64,000 nt of DNA from assembly GCA_963730915.1 (NCBI GenBank), contig CAVSTR010000004.1, forward strand, positions 535,014 through 599,013. The letters run 5' to 3'. Both the position numbers and the translations under genes were made by a program. Below, piece after piece: positions 10,795-20,993 of this stretch. This stretch comes from an uncultured Gemmatimonadales bacterium. Its GTDB lineage: Bacteria > Gemmatimonadota > Gemmatimonadetes > Gemmatimonadales > GWC2-71-9. The notes below the pieces were generated by a model, which did no database searches, had not been told where the DNA came from, and was given only the letters and a program-made list of their open reading frames with translations. Each line of letters starts with the position of its first letter. Position 1 is the first letter of the stretch.

Positions 10795-12090
10795 ATGCAC
10801 TGCGCCACCTCGGTCGACTACCTCGCCGAGCTCAATGCGTCGGTCCCTGGAGTAGAGCACTACGCGGAGCGCGTGCTGCTGCTGGCCGAGCACAACGACA
10901 TCGTGTGTGTGCCGGAAGAGATCGATCCCGACTATCTGACCTACCTCGCAGAGCTCGGACTCGGACCCGCCGCCCGCAATGTGCTGGTGGTCTCACGGTT
11001 CGACGGTGGGAACACCCAGGCCCCTCTCTGGCGAAGAATTCTCGACAGCGATGAGGCCCTCGGCGCGCTGGCTTGCCTGATCGGCGCCCATGGATCTGCC
11101 CGGATCCAGCCGTTTATCGCGTCGCGCGGACAGTTCACGCTGGCTGCTGCTCTGGAACAGAGAGCGGGCGTCCCGGTGCGGGTGCACGGCGGGGATCCCG
11201 CTGTAGTCGCCTATGCCGACCGCAAGGATCACATCAGGGCCAAGGCTCTGGAGCTGGGGATTCCGGTTGCACCAGGCGAGATCGTCGACCTCACGGCGGC
11301 AGGAGGGCAGGAGCACGGTGCCACTATGCTGCGTCAGGCCATGGAGCGGCACACCGAGCTCACCGGCCGGGTCATCGTGCGCGGCGCATCCGGAGCGGCC
11401 GGCTCAGCGACCTTTACCGCCGGGAACCATCACCAGAGGAGTGACCTGGCGAATCGGTTGGCTGCATCGGCGGAAAACCAGATTTACCTGGTCGAATCGA
11501 TGGTGGATGTCACCGTGTCACCCAATGTCCAGATGCACATCGACCGGCAGGTTTCCGGCATTCGTTGTGGAGGGATGACGGACCAACGCTGGGATCGGCC
11601 CCTGGTTCACGGCGGGAATGTGTTTCCGTCTTCGGCCCGGCGGTCTATGGAAATGCTGCGATGGGCGCGAATGCTGGCCGAGTGGCTCAACACCCATGGC
11701 TATGTAGGAGTGGCCGGGTTCGACTTTATCGAATACGAGGATGCCTACGGGGAGCCGCAGGCGCTTCTCGCGGAGGTAAATCCCAGGACCAATGGGGCCA
11801 CCTATCCGCTGCGGCTAAGGCGGCGGTTGAATGTGGCGCAGCGTGAAGCCGGATTCCCGGAGATCCGTGCGTTTGTGTCGGGCACGATCCAGACCGAGGC
11901 GCGGACCTTCAGCGAGTTGCGTGATGGCTGGGACGACCGCCTGTTCTGTCCCTCCACCGGCAGCGGGCTCGTTCCCTACATGCCGGGCTTTCTGCCCCAC
12001 GGCAAATGCGGAGTCGTAGCTCTCGGCGGTACGCGGGCGGAGGCCGAGGCGTTGTACCGTGAGGCTGGCGTCGCGGCCCAACTCGCATGA
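10795..12090 (+). CDS. ATP-grasp-fold ligase with pre-ATP-grasp N-domain (possibly PGM1-like peptide ligase family)
   Basis: RVIVRGASGAAGSATF, YLVESMVDVTVSPNVQMHI and GVAGFDFIEYEDAYGEPQALLAEVNPRTNGATYP resemble ATP-grasp nucleotide/Mg sites. Start ATG 10795 was chosen; TTG 10726 or ATG 10735 are also possible. Confidence 0.5.
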   Translation: MHCATSVDYLAELNASVPGVEHYAERVLLLAEHNDIVCVPEEIDPDYLTYLAELGLGPAARNVLVVSRFDGGNTQAPLWRRILDSDEALGALACLIGAHGSARIQPFIASRGQFTLAAALEQRAGVPVRVHGGDPAVVAYADRKDHIRAKALELGIPVAPGEIVDLTAAGGQEHGATMLRQAMERHTELTGRVIVRGASGAAGSATFTAGNHHQRSDLANRLAASAENQIYLVESMVDVTVSPNVQMHIDRQVSGIRCGGMTDQRWDRPLVHGGNVFPSSARRSMEMLRWARMLAEWLNTHGYVGVAGFDFIEYEDAYGEPQALLAEVNPRTNGATYPLRLRRRLNVAQREAGFPEIRAFVSGTIQTEARTFSELRDGWDDRLFCPSTGSGLVPYMPGFLPHGKCGVVALGGTRAEAEALYREAGVAAQLA

Positions 12091-13127
12091 CGAGTCTCGC
12101 TGAAGTTGCTCCGGCCGGGCCGCGCCGGCCCAGCCGGTCGCTGATCGCCGTGGTCGAGGAGCAGTTGATCATCCCCTCCTACGCCTCGACCTGGGCGTTT
12201 GCCACGATCGCCGCTCACCGCGCGTCCGCTTTGCCCCTGCAACTCGACGGAGCCGGGCATCGTCGCACAATGGAGCTCGACGGAGAAGCCATCCGGATGT
12301 TGACGGTGGGGCGCCGGAAGCTGCTCGACCCGATTGTCTCCGGTCTCTTCGGCACCCTTCCGGATTCCATCCCCGAAGGTCGTCGGCGTACCTGGAATCC
12401 GGCGTACTTGCGAGATGATCCGGCCGATCTCGTGGTGGCGGAGGTGCATCGCTGGATGGCTCCGCGATTTCGGGAGGACGGTTGGGTCATCATGCCCCGC
12501 ACGGTCCGGTGGCACGGGGAGCTGGCCACGGTTCCTCCACGGTCGCGCAGCAAGAGCCTGCAAGCGAACCTGGCAAAGCTTCGGAAGCAGAAGTTCAGTC
12601 TGGTGCAGGGCACATGTACCGAGGACTGGGAGGAGTTCTACCAGACGATGGTCGCGCCCCAGGCACTGGCTCGCCACGGGAGCACGGCCTGGGTTCCATC
12701 TCCGGCGTTCCTCAACGCGGTGGCGAAGCGTGGCGTCCTGCACTTTGTGGTGGAGGGCGGCGTTCGGGTCGCCGGTAGTTGCTCGATCACATATGGCGAC
12801 ACCGTCTGGTTTCCTCTGCTGGGTGTCCGCCAGGGAGACCAGCAATTGCTTCAGCGCGGCGCCAGCGTGGCGGCGCTCGCTTTGCCGATCGAGTGGGCCC
12901 GTGCCAACAACTTCCGGCGAATCGATCTGGGCCGAACGGGATCATTCGTCAACGACGGGCTCCAGCAGTACAAGCGCAAGTGGGGCTTCTACCCGGTTCC
13001 GGACCCTCTGTCACTCGTGGTGGCGATTCGGGCCCGGACGCCTGCTGCGCGGAAGGTATTCGCTCGAGAGCCCGTACTGGCAGAGACCAGCACCGGCCTC
13101 GAGACCTACGCCGGCGAGATGGCGTGA
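12087..13127 (+). CDS. FemAB-like / GNAT-fold acyl- or aminoacyl-transferase
   Basis: GVLHFVVEGGVRVAGSCSITYGDTVWFPLLGV..ALALPIEWARANNFRRIDLGRT..LQQYKRKWG resembles the FemAB/BioF2-like acetyltransferase fold. It overlaps both neighbours by 4 nt. Confidence 0.5.
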   Translation: MTSLAEVAPAGPRRPSRSLIAVVEEQLIIPSYASTWAFATIAAHRASALPLQLDGAGHRRTMELDGEAIRMLTVGRRKLLDPIVSGLFGTLPDSIPEGRRRTWNPAYLRDDPADLVVAEVHRWMAPRFREDGWVIMPRTVRWHGELATVPPRSRSKSLQANLAKLRKQKFSLVQGTCTEDWEEFYQTMVAPQALARHGSTAWVPSPAFLNAVAKRGVLHFVVEGGVRVAGSCSITYGDTVWFPLLGVRQGDQQLLQRGASVAALALPIEWARANNFRRIDLGRTGSFVNDGLQQYKRKWGFYPVPDPLSLVVAIRARTPAARKVFAREPVLAETSTGLETYAGEMA

Positions 13128-14290
13128 CCGCGTTCGCTCCTCCGGCAACGGCTCTCCCCGCCGTTCGACTGCTGCCCGGGGCGAGCGAGGTATCAGCGGC
13201 TGATTGGAACCGGCTCGCGCGCCGCGGCTTCCATCTGCATGACTGGTCCGTCGCGGCGGAGAGCTCGGGGTGGATGCCGCGCCATGTCGCTGTGGAGCAA
13301 GCCGAAGGCCTCTGCGCAGTGATACCCGCCTATCTGACTGACAGCAGCAGCATGCACGACCTTCACGACCGCTGGCTCGGGCCGCTCAGTGGTGCGGCAT
13401 CCATGGCCGGCGTCGAGTTGCGTCCGATCATTTCGGTGCAAGCGCCCTTTGCTCTGGTGTCGGAGCCGCTGGGAGACCCGGCATGGCTCTCCTCTCAGCT
13501 GTTGCACCGGGTATTCGAGACCCTCGAAGCCACCGCGATCGAGGACGGCGCCAAGGCTGTGGTGTGGCCCGCCGTGGACCCGGGCTCAACCGGGGTGCTC
13601 CGGGTCGCGGAGGAGCGTGGGTACACCGCCGTCTATGGCGGGAGCACTGCAAGGCTCTCGATCGCGTGGGAGTCGTTCGATGACTACTTGTCTTCTCGCA
13701 GCAAGAGCGTCCGCCGCACGGTAAAGAATGACCTCGACGAACTCGAATCAACCGGCCTTCGGGTGGAGACAGTCAGTCACTATGAAAGTGCGGTTCCCGC
13801 AATGACTGCTCTCTTCTTCGAATCGTTCCGACGCCGCAACGGAAAGGACGCTCCGGTCCAGCCGGAGTTCTTCAGTCGATTGTCACTGCGAGCTTCCAGC
13901 CGGATCCAGGCGCAGCTCACGTGGAGCGACGCCCGCCTGGTAGGCAGCAGTCTCAACCTGAGCACAGCCCAGGTTCTCGAAGGAACCCTGAGCGCCTTCT
14001 CCCCGGATCATCGCTCCGGCGCTGCGTACCGCAACGATCTGTGCTATGAGCCGATCCGGATCGCCTGCAGAGAGGGAATTGCCGCCATCGATCTGGGTGC
14101 AACGGCGCTGTACACCAAAATCCTCAGAGGTGCGCGGCTGCGCCGCCGCATCACGCTTCTCAAGGGCACGACCGGCATCCTGCACCGGAGTTTCGGCATC
14201 CTCGGCAACCTGGTGGCTCGCCGCACCGAATGGAAAGAGCGCCGTGCGCTCGGAAGTCTCTGGCACAATGACCAGGCGGAAGGGTCATGA
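13124..14290 (+). CDS. FemAB-related GNAT-fold protein (COG3146/DUF482-like)
   Basis: GTG 13124 overlaps the upstream TGA (GTGA). WNRLARRGFHLHDWSVAAE..YLTDSSSMHD..RRNGKDAPVQPEFF resembles FemAB-related proteins of exopolysaccharide loci. ORF-track start 12779 is read-through in the neighbour's shadow frame. Confidence 0.5.
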   Translation: MTAFAPPATALPAVRLLPGASEVSAADWNRLARRGFHLHDWSVAAESSGWMPRHVAVEQAEGLCAVIPAYLTDSSSMHDLHDRWLGPLSGAASMAGVELRPIISVQAPFALVSEPLGDPAWLSSQLLHRVFETLEATAIEDGAKAVVWPAVDPGSTGVLRVAEERGYTAVYGGSTARLSIAWESFDDYLSSRSKSVRRTVKNDLDELESTGLRVETVSHYESAVPAMTALFFESFRRRNGKDAPVQPEFFSRLSLRASSRIQAQLTWSDARLVGSSLNLSTAQVLEGTLSAFSPDHRSGAAYRNDLCYEPIRIACREGIAAIDLGATALYTKILRGARLRRRITLLKGTTGILHRSFGILGNLVARRTEWKERRALGSLWHNDQAEGS

Positions 14291-14979
14291 ATCGCCGCGG
14301 AATTGGGAAGTATCTCACCGATGCAGCGACGCTGCCGCGCGATGCGGCCTCGGCGTGGCGCACGGATGGAGCAGCGGGCGTATGGACCGAGCTCCGCCGC
14401 AGAACCGTAGACCGGGCGGCCGGGTACGTGCGGTACATCGTTCTGGAAGCGGACCTCGAGAACTTCAGGCGAGTTTCACCTCCCGAGGGCGTCGTGATCA
14501 GGCCTTTTGCCGGCTCTGACTGGAGCTCGCTCGGGCCGATGGTCCCCTGCCGCGTCGCTCCGATTCTGACGGCAGCCCGTCGGGCTGGAAGAACCTGCCT
14601 CGTCGCATGGCGCGGGTCCGAGGCGATCGGCTACATCTGGTTTTCGCCGGCTGTGGAGCAGCGGTACGAGAACTTCGCGCTGTCGCTTCCGCCGGCCACC
14701 ACCTATCTCTGGCAGATTCAGGTCACTCGCTCGGCTCGCCGCCAGGGCCTGGGTGCTGCTCTGATCAGCGCCGGCTTCGAGCAGGCCGCACAACAGGGAT
14801 TCCGACGCAGCTGGATGATCACGAGCCCGTCCAACAGGGCGGCTCAGAAGGCCGTGACCACGATCACGACCGGCCGGGTGCTCGGAAGCATCAGGCGCGT
14901 GAAGGTCGCGTCGTGGATGCAAACCCGGTATGCGCCGCTGCAGCATTCACTCCCACTTCAGTCCTACATCCGCCCATGA
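14287..14979 (+). CDS. GNAT family N-acetyltransferase
   Basis: Motif A region QVTRSARRQGLGAALISAGFEQAAQQG, with ATGA overlaps. Confidence 0.6.
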   Translation: MNRRGIGKYLTDAATLPRDAASAWRTDGAAGVWTELRRRTVDRAAGYVRYIVLEADLENFRRVSPPEGVVIRPFAGSDWSSLGPMVPCRVAPILTAARRAGRTCLVAWRGSEAIGYIWFSPAVEQRYENFALSLPPATTYLWQIQVTRSARRQGLGAALISAGFEQAAQQGFRRSWMITSPSNRAAQKAVTTITTGRVLGSIRRVKVASWMQTRYAPLQHSLPLQSYIRP

Positions 14980-15659
14980 AAATTGCGTGGAAGCTCGGTA
15001 AGTACGTGGCCGACTGCCGCACGCTCCCGGCCGACGCGGCGCTCTCATACCAGCTGACCGGTATGCGTGGCGTCTGGGACGCTGTGGCAGACCGGACGGT
15101 TCACCGGCTGGTGCGCATCGGTCACGTGGTCGTGTTTGCCCAGCCGCTCGATTCAGCCCCCGAGATTCCTCCACCCCCGGGTGTGGCCATCAGGCCGCTG
15201 TCCGCGGAGGATTGGGCCGCCTTATCGAAGATCGTAACTCAGCGGAGTCTCGCCTTGTTCCGTCAATTGGCGGCCAATGGCCGGCATGGTCTGGTGGCGT
15301 GGCGCGGAGCCGATGCAATCGGGTACGGCTGGGTCGCCGAGCGGATCGGGCCGGATGTCACAGCCTGCCCGCTGGCCTTGCCTCCGCACGCGGCGTATCT
15401 CTGGGATTTGTACGTGGTGCCGGCCGAGCGTTCGAATGGAGTCGGCTCGGCGCTCGCGAGTGCCCGGGTACAGCTGGCTCGAAATCTGGGGTTCAGGGAA
15501 GGCTGGCGGATGATCGCCCCATCGAACGGTGCGTCGCTGCGCACGCTCGCGAAGACCGCCATGAACACCAGAACTGTAGGGGAGCTTCGGTTCATCAAGA
15601 TCTTTGCTTCGATTCACACTCGCTTTACGCCGGCCGCTTGCGGAACTCCGGCCACTTGA
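14976..15659 (+). CDS. GNAT family N-acetyltransferase (tandem paralogue)
   Basis: YVVPAERSNGVGSALASARVQLARNLG. The N-terminal MKIAWKLGKYVADCRTLPADAA aligns with MNRRGIGKYLTDAATLPRDAA of the upstream gene. ATG 14976 overlaps TGA 14977-14979. Confidence 0.6.
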   Translation: MKIAWKLGKYVADCRTLPADAALSYQLTGMRGVWDAVADRTVHRLVRIGHVVVFAQPLDSAPEIPPPPGVAIRPLSAEDWAALSKIVTQRSLALFRQLAANGRHGLVAWRGADAIGYGWVAERIGPDVTACPLALPPHAAYLWDLYVVPAERSNGVGSALASARVQLARNLGFREGWRMIAPSNGASLRTLAKTAMNTRTVGELRFIKIFASIHTRFTPAACGTPAT

Positions 15660-16474
15660 GGGTTGATCACGGGCAGAACCGGGCGGCCACCCGGCTGAAT
15701 GTGGTTGTCATCACGTCTGCCGCAATGGGTGTGGAGCTGGCCGGCAAGCTGGCGCTGGTGCCGGAAATTCGCTCGCTGACCGTGGTAACCACGCGCGTGA
15801 TGCCGGGCTCGCGTAGCCTCCGGCAGAAGCTGCGCGGCATCTATCAAGCAGACGGCCTTGCTGGTGTCCTGCGGTCAGTTGCCTCTCGGATCCGCGGCTT
15901 CTTCCCAGGTTCTGACGTGAGTCTGGCGCAGCGCGTCGCCGAGCGCTGTCCGACCGCGCGGCACCTGCATTGCGACGACCTGCACACGCCCGAGTCCCTC
16001 TCCCTGTTGAGAAACCTGGGAGCCGATTTGGGAGTGGTATTCGCCGCGTATCGACTGAAGCCCTCTGTCTTCACGATTCCGCGACTCGGCTGCTTCAACC
16101 TGCACCTCGGACTCGCTCCCGAGTTTCGCGGATCGTCCCCCGCCTTCTATGAGATGCTGGAGGGCGTGCCCACCGTTGGCGTCACCATCCACCGGATCAA
16201 TGAAGGGCTCGACTCGGGTCCCATCATCAAGCAGGAATCCTTTCCCATCGACCTGGCTCCGAAGGAAGACCCTATCGCCTACCTCCGCCGTTATCAAAAG
16301 GAGGTGTTGGTTCCCAACGGCATCCGGATGATGGCTGAGGCGATCCGGGATGCTGCCTGCGGCATCCTGGTCGAGCAAGCGCAGCCATCCGCGCTACGTC
16401 CTCTGCGGCGCCGCGCGACGTACCAGCTGAAGCGTACGCTCCAGCGCCAGGTAGCTTGGAGGCGTCGATCGTAG
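15656..16474 (+). CDS. formyltransferase (Fmt / ArnA N-domain-like)
   Basis: FNLHLGLAPEFRGSSP...GVTIHRINEGLDSGPII gives the Asn-His-Asp catalytic context. TTG 15656 overlaps the upstream TGA; GTG 15701 is an alternative start. Confidence 0.7.
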   Translation: MRVDHGQNRAATRLNVVVITSAAMGVELAGKLALVPEIRSLTVVTTRVMPGSRSLRQKLRGIYQADGLAGVLRSVASRIRGFFPGSDVSLAQRVAERCPTARHLHCDDLHTPESLSLLRNLGADLGVVFAAYRLKPSVFTIPRLGCFNLHLGLAPEFRGSSPAFYEMLEGVPTVGVTIHRINEGLDSGPIIKQESFPIDLAPKEDPIAYLRRYQKEVLVPNGIRMMAEAIRDAACGILVEQAQPSALRPLRRRATYQLKRTLQRQVAWRRRS

Positions 16475-16488
16475 GCTGGTCCCGCTGA

Positions 16489-16518
16489 TTGACATTCCGA
16501 CAGAATCACTCGTATTTA
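16489..16518 (+). promoter_or_regulatory. candidate sigma70-type promoter of the rhodanese gene
   Basis: TTGACA (16489-16494), 18 nt spacer, TATTTA (16513-16518). It lies about 50 nt upstream of ATG 16571 in a locally AT-richer stretch. Confidence 0.3.
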
Positions 16519-16570
16519 TTCCGAAACGCCTCCATTCTCAGATACTTGTCGTCCAGATCTGGAGCAGGGT

Positions 16571-17464
16571 ATGTCGCCAGCGCAATCTATTCCGGCTATC
16601 ACGCCGATCGACCAGCGGGGATACGCCCACCCCGAAGTTCTCGTCTCAACCGACTGGGTAGCCGAGCATCTCGAGGATCCCCGAGTTCGCCTGATCGAGT
16701 CCAACGAGGATCTGTTGCTGTACGACACGGGCCACATTCCTGGCGCCGTAAAAGTCGATTGGACCAACGACCTGAACGACCAGTTGGTCCGCGACTATGT
16801 CAACAGCGAGCAGCTTCAGCGGCTTCTCCGCTCGAAGGGCATCAACACCGATACCACCATCGTCTTCTACGGTGACAAGAACAACTGGTGGGCGACCTAT
16901 GCGTTCTGGGTGCTGAAGCTCTTCGGCATCGAACGGATTCGCCTCATGGACGGAGGGCGGCTCCGCTGGGTAGATGAGGGCCGGCCCCTCACGACCGACA
17001 CGCCTTCATACCCTGTCGGCAACATCGTGGTGCCTCGCCGAAACGACGAGCCATTGCGTGCATTCAGGGACGAGGTGCTGGAGCATGTGAAACGGCGGGG
17101 CCAGCTGGTCGATGTACGAAGCCCGGAGGAGTTTCGCGGCGAGCGGCTGCACATGCCGGAGTATCCCAGCGAAGGGGCTGTCAGGGGCGGGCATATCCCA
17201 GGTGCCAAGAGCATACCGTGGGCCCGGGCTATCGATCCTGACACCCACACGTTCAGGCCTGCCGCTGAGCTTCGGAACCTGTATGAGAAGGAAAATGGAC
17301 TGCGACGCGACGCGGAGACGATCGCGTATTGTCGCATCGGCGAGCGATCCTCTCACACCTGGTTTGCCTTGACCTACCTGTTGGGGTTCGATGCCGTCCG
17401 CAACTATGACGGGTCCTGGACCGAGTGGGGCAATGGCGTTCGTCTTCCGGTGGAGAAGCCGTAG
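16571..17464 (+). CDS. thiosulfate/3-mercaptopyruvate sulfurtransferase (two-domain rhodanese)
   Basis: Two rhodanese domains and active-site loop [12 protein letters not shown]. Confidence 0.85.
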   Translation: MSPAQSIPAITPIDQRGYAHPEVLVSTDWVAEHLEDPRVRLIESNEDLLLYDTGHIPGAVKVDWTNDLNDQLVRDYVNSEQLQRLLRSKGINTDTTIVFYGDKNNWWATYAFWVLKLFGIERIRLMDGGRLRWVDEGRPLTTDTPSYPVGNIVVPRRNDEPLRAFRDEVLEHVKRRGQLVDVRSPEEFRGERLHMPEYPSEGAVRGGHIPGAKSIPWARAIDPDTHTFRPAAELRNLYEKENGLRRDAETIAYCRIGERSSHTWFALTYLLGFDAVRNYDGSWTEWGNGVRLPVEKP

Positions 17465-17466
17465 CG

Positions 17467-18099
17467 GTGTCGATCGCCGACCTGCGACGAGAATACGCGC
17501 GAGCTCGTCTGGACGAGGCGAATATCAGTCCGGACCCGATGATCGAGTTCGCCAGGTGGTTCGCGGAGGCGACGGTCACCGAGGTCGTGGAGGCGAACGC
17601 GATGGCGCTCGCGACGGCAACCAGGGAAGGAATTCCTTCAGTTCGGATCGTGTTGCTGAAGGGATACGATGAGCGTGGTTTCGTGTTCTTCACGGATTAC
17701 CGAAGCCGGAAGGGCGCCGAGCTGCACGAGAATCCCCACGCCGCATTAGCCATCTATTGGGCCGAGCTCGAGCGGCAGGTTCGGATCACCGGCACGGTCA
17801 GCGTCGTGTCACGCGAAGACTCGGAGACGTACTTTCAAAGCCGGCCTCGCGCCAGCCGGTTGAGCACCTGGGTGTCGCACCAGAGCCAGGTGATTGCAGG
17901 CCGGGGAGTGCTGGATCATCGAGAGCGGGAGGTACGAGACCAGTTTCCCGACGATGTCCCGCTTCCTCCCCACTGGGGAGGGTTCAGGGTCTGGCCCGAA
18001 ACGGTCGAGTTCTGGCAGGGCAGGCCCAACCGTCTGCACGACCGGCTGCGATATGTCCGCTCGGGGGACGGATGGCGAGTGGAGCGACTGTCGCCGTAG
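17467..18099 (+). CDS. pdxH: pyridoxamine 5'-phosphate oxidase
   Basis: RIVLLKGYDERGFVFFTDYRSRKG and WGGFRVWPETVEFWQGRPNRLHDR. GTG 17467 lies directly after the upstream stop. Confidence 0.9.
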   Translation: MSIADLRREYARARLDEANISPDPMIEFARWFAEATVTEVVEANAMALATATREGIPSVRIVLLKGYDERGFVFFTDYRSRKGAELHENPHAALAIYWAELERQVRITGTVSVVSREDSETYFQSRPRASRLSTWVSHQSQVIAGRGVLDHREREVRDQFPDDVPLPPHWGGFRVWPETVEFWQGRPNRLHDRLRYVRSGDGWRVERLSP

Positions 18100-18107
18100 A
18101 GCCGGAG

Positions 18108-18168
18108 GGTCGGAGGGTCGGAGGGGTGGAGGGACACGATGGAACTCCGCCTCTCCGTCTCTCCGCCC
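18108..18168. terminator. long imperfect stem-loop between convergent pdxH and TonB-receptor genes (G-rich octamer repeat arm)
   Basis: G-rich arm 18108-18131 pairs with C-rich arm 18145-18168 (a few G.U pairs, 2 mismatches), with a 13-nt loop. There is no U-tract. Confidence 0.4.
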
Positions 18169-18169
18169 G

Positions 18170-20819
18170 TTAGAAGTTCGCCGTCAGTCCTCCCAGCACT
18201 CTGCGTCCGATCACCGATCCGCCGTACAGCTGAAAGCGCTCCTGGTCCAGCACGTTCGTGGCCGTGGCGTGAATCCGCAGGTTGTTGTTCAAACGATACC
18301 CCGCCCCGACGTTCACGAACTCGCTCGAGGGTACGTAGCCCTGGAAGATGCCCGCGGCCCACTGATAGCCGTCCACCAGCCGCACCGAAACATTGGCATC
18401 GAAGCCCTGCGCTCCCGCGTAGGACACTTCGATGTTCGCCTTCTTGCTGGGCGTATTGGGAAGGAGCTGGTCGCCCGGCCGTTGAGACTTCACCTCGAAG
18501 TCGAACCCGGTAAAGGACACGTCTGCGCGGAACTCGGGCGTGAACTGGTATCCTACCCCGAGCTCGATACCACGCTCTGTCACTTCGCCGAAGTTGGTGT
18601 ACGAGAGCACGACCGCACGGCTCCCATCGGGAAGTGTCGCCAGCGCATTCGCCCCCTGGATCGTTGTGCCTGCCGCAACCTGTGCGTACCCGCCCTGCAG
18701 CGTGGGGATAGGCCCGCGTAACGCGGCGGCCTGCGCGGCGCTGATCTGTCCTGCCCCCTCCAGCTGATCGATGCGCTGTCCGAGTGCAGCGAGATCGGCA
18801 GGAACGTTCAATCCTCCCTCAGTCAACGAGAAGCTCGGGTAAGCAGGGTTGACGCCCGGAAGCAGGTCGGTGACGAAGTTCTCCAGGTCGTTGATGTAAA
18901 AGTCGGCCGTCACGTAGAGCTTGTCGGACAAGCTTCCCTTATAGCCCAGCTCCCACCCGAGCACCTTTTCGACGTCGAGCTGGGAGTTGCCGAGTGCGAA
19001 TGCCTGTGTCTGGGCCGAGAAGTTCCATGGCAGATCGGTGTGCAGGTTCAACCCGGCCAAGGCGGCGGGTGGAAGACTCGCCTGAATCTGGGTGTAGTAG
19101 GCCTGGATCCCCGCCTCGACCGTGGCCGGACCCGCGGTGGGCTGGGCCACGGGAACTCTGAGATAGAACTCGGAGTAATTGGGAGTCTGGAATGCGCGGT
19201 TGACCGTGAACCGGAACGAATGCGCTTCGTTGGGACTGAATACCAGCGCGCCCTTCGGGGAGAACTGGGTGTCGAACAGCGTCCCATCGTCCACGCGGCC
19301 CGCAGCCACGAGGCGAAACTGAGGTGTAAGGCGATACTCGACTTGCCCGTACCCCGAGTAGTAGTTGTCGCTTCGGTCATCGTTGCTCGGGTCCATGAGG
19401 GTCCCAGAAGTGTTCACCCGGGTGTTGCGGTACGACGCCCCGTAAACGATCCGGCCACGATCGGACTGGAAGCTCCAGTTTTGCTGTCCTTCAATGTGGA
19501 ACACGTCTGACCTCTCCTCGAGCGGCAAACCGGAGACGAGGGAGTACTGCGGATCGAGTGAGGTACGGCTGTTCCAGAAGCCGAAGATGTTGTACCGGTT
19601 ATGCGCGAGAGAAAGGCGGGCATACGGCTTCAATGCCTTGAGCACCTGCACCCGTCCGATGCCGGTGACGAAGACCTCGTTCTCGACCTGTGCCCCGCCG
19701 CCGTCCGCCGAAAGCACCGCGCCATTGTTCAGATAGTAGTCGAGACGGGCCGAGCCATAGACGTTTTGCAGGGGTTTGCGTTCTCCGAGCGGGGCGCCGG
19801 TGAGTGGCTCAGTGGTCTGCCCGTTCAATGGGCGAGCCTCGATCGTCGGGGCTACCGGCTCATCGGTTGCCGGGGCGTACTCCTCCTGGATAGAGGTGCC
19901 GTTTCGAAGCGTGCGGGAGCGGGTATAGGTGTCGCTCCGGTTGTACCCTGCGTTGACCCGGAATCCGAAGCGATCCCCACCGAACACGGATGCATGCCGG
20001 ACGTCGCCGCGGAAGGTCTCCAGCTCGCCACCCGCCAGGCTCACCTTCGTTCCCAGCACTTCGCGAGCAGCCGGCGTCGTGATGTTCACCACGCCGCTGA
20101 ATGCATTGGCTCCGTAGAGAGCGGAGCCGGGACCCCGCACCATTTCCAGACGAGCCGACGTCCTCCAGCGGCTGCGGCAGGCCATTCCATTCCTGCGAGC
20201 CGAGGAAGGCAATGGCGAGATCTCGTCCGTCCTGCAGCACCAGAACTCGGCGATTCAGCGAGGAGTTGAAGCCTCGCGCGTTGACGTTGAAATCGTTGAC
20301 GCCACTCTGGACTACGTCAGCGCCTGGCACCGCCTGGAGTGCCAATGGTGCCTGCCCTGTTATCGACGTGTTCTGAAGAACCTCTTGCGGCACAACCGAG
20401 ATCGCGGCGGGTGCCTCGACGATTCGCTCCGGTGCCCGCGACGCGCCCTGCACCACGATCTCTGTGAGTGCCACCGCTACCGGCTCGAGCGCCGCGTCCA
20501 CCGTAGCAGTGCTCCCTGCCTCGACCGTCACCTGGGTTTCCGTAGGCCGGTAACCAAGCCAGCGAAAGACGATCATCTGAGGTCCAGCAGGAACCCTGCG
20601 CAGGGTGTACTTGCCGTCCGGCGCTGTGATGGTGCTCTGACCTGTGCCCTGAACGCTGACAGAGACACTCGAGAGCGGCGACCCCTCTCCCTGTCTCGTG
20701 ACGGTCCCGGTGACCGTACCCGTCTCCTGAGCGGCCGCCGACCAGGCGGTACCGGCCAGCATGAGGATGACGCCGGCTGCGAGAAGACTCCGAAGCGAAG
20801 AGAACACGATCTGTGGCAT
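18170..20819 (-). pseudogene. TonB-dependent receptor with N-terminal carboxypeptidase-regulatory-like domain; frame broken near 20154-20156
   Basis: Signal peptide MPQIVFSSLRSLLAAGVILMLAGTAWSAAAQ, then a CarboxypepD_reg domain and plug. After that, LEDV | ARLEMVRGPGSALYGANAF continues in the other frame (ORF 18170..20212) to the C-terminal ..GGLTANF. Confidence 0.8.
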
Positions 20820-20993
20820 ACCGTCTTCCTTGTCGAGAGGGCAACCGGGGCGTGGCGGCGCGCCTGGCGCTGCTGAGCATGTTATGTACACTGGAAACCG
20901 GCAACGGATATGAAGAGGTACACCAGTATATAGGCTGAAAAGCCGTTCGCAACAGACCGCGGCTGGGGTGCGCGGCTCATCATCTATCCTTCG

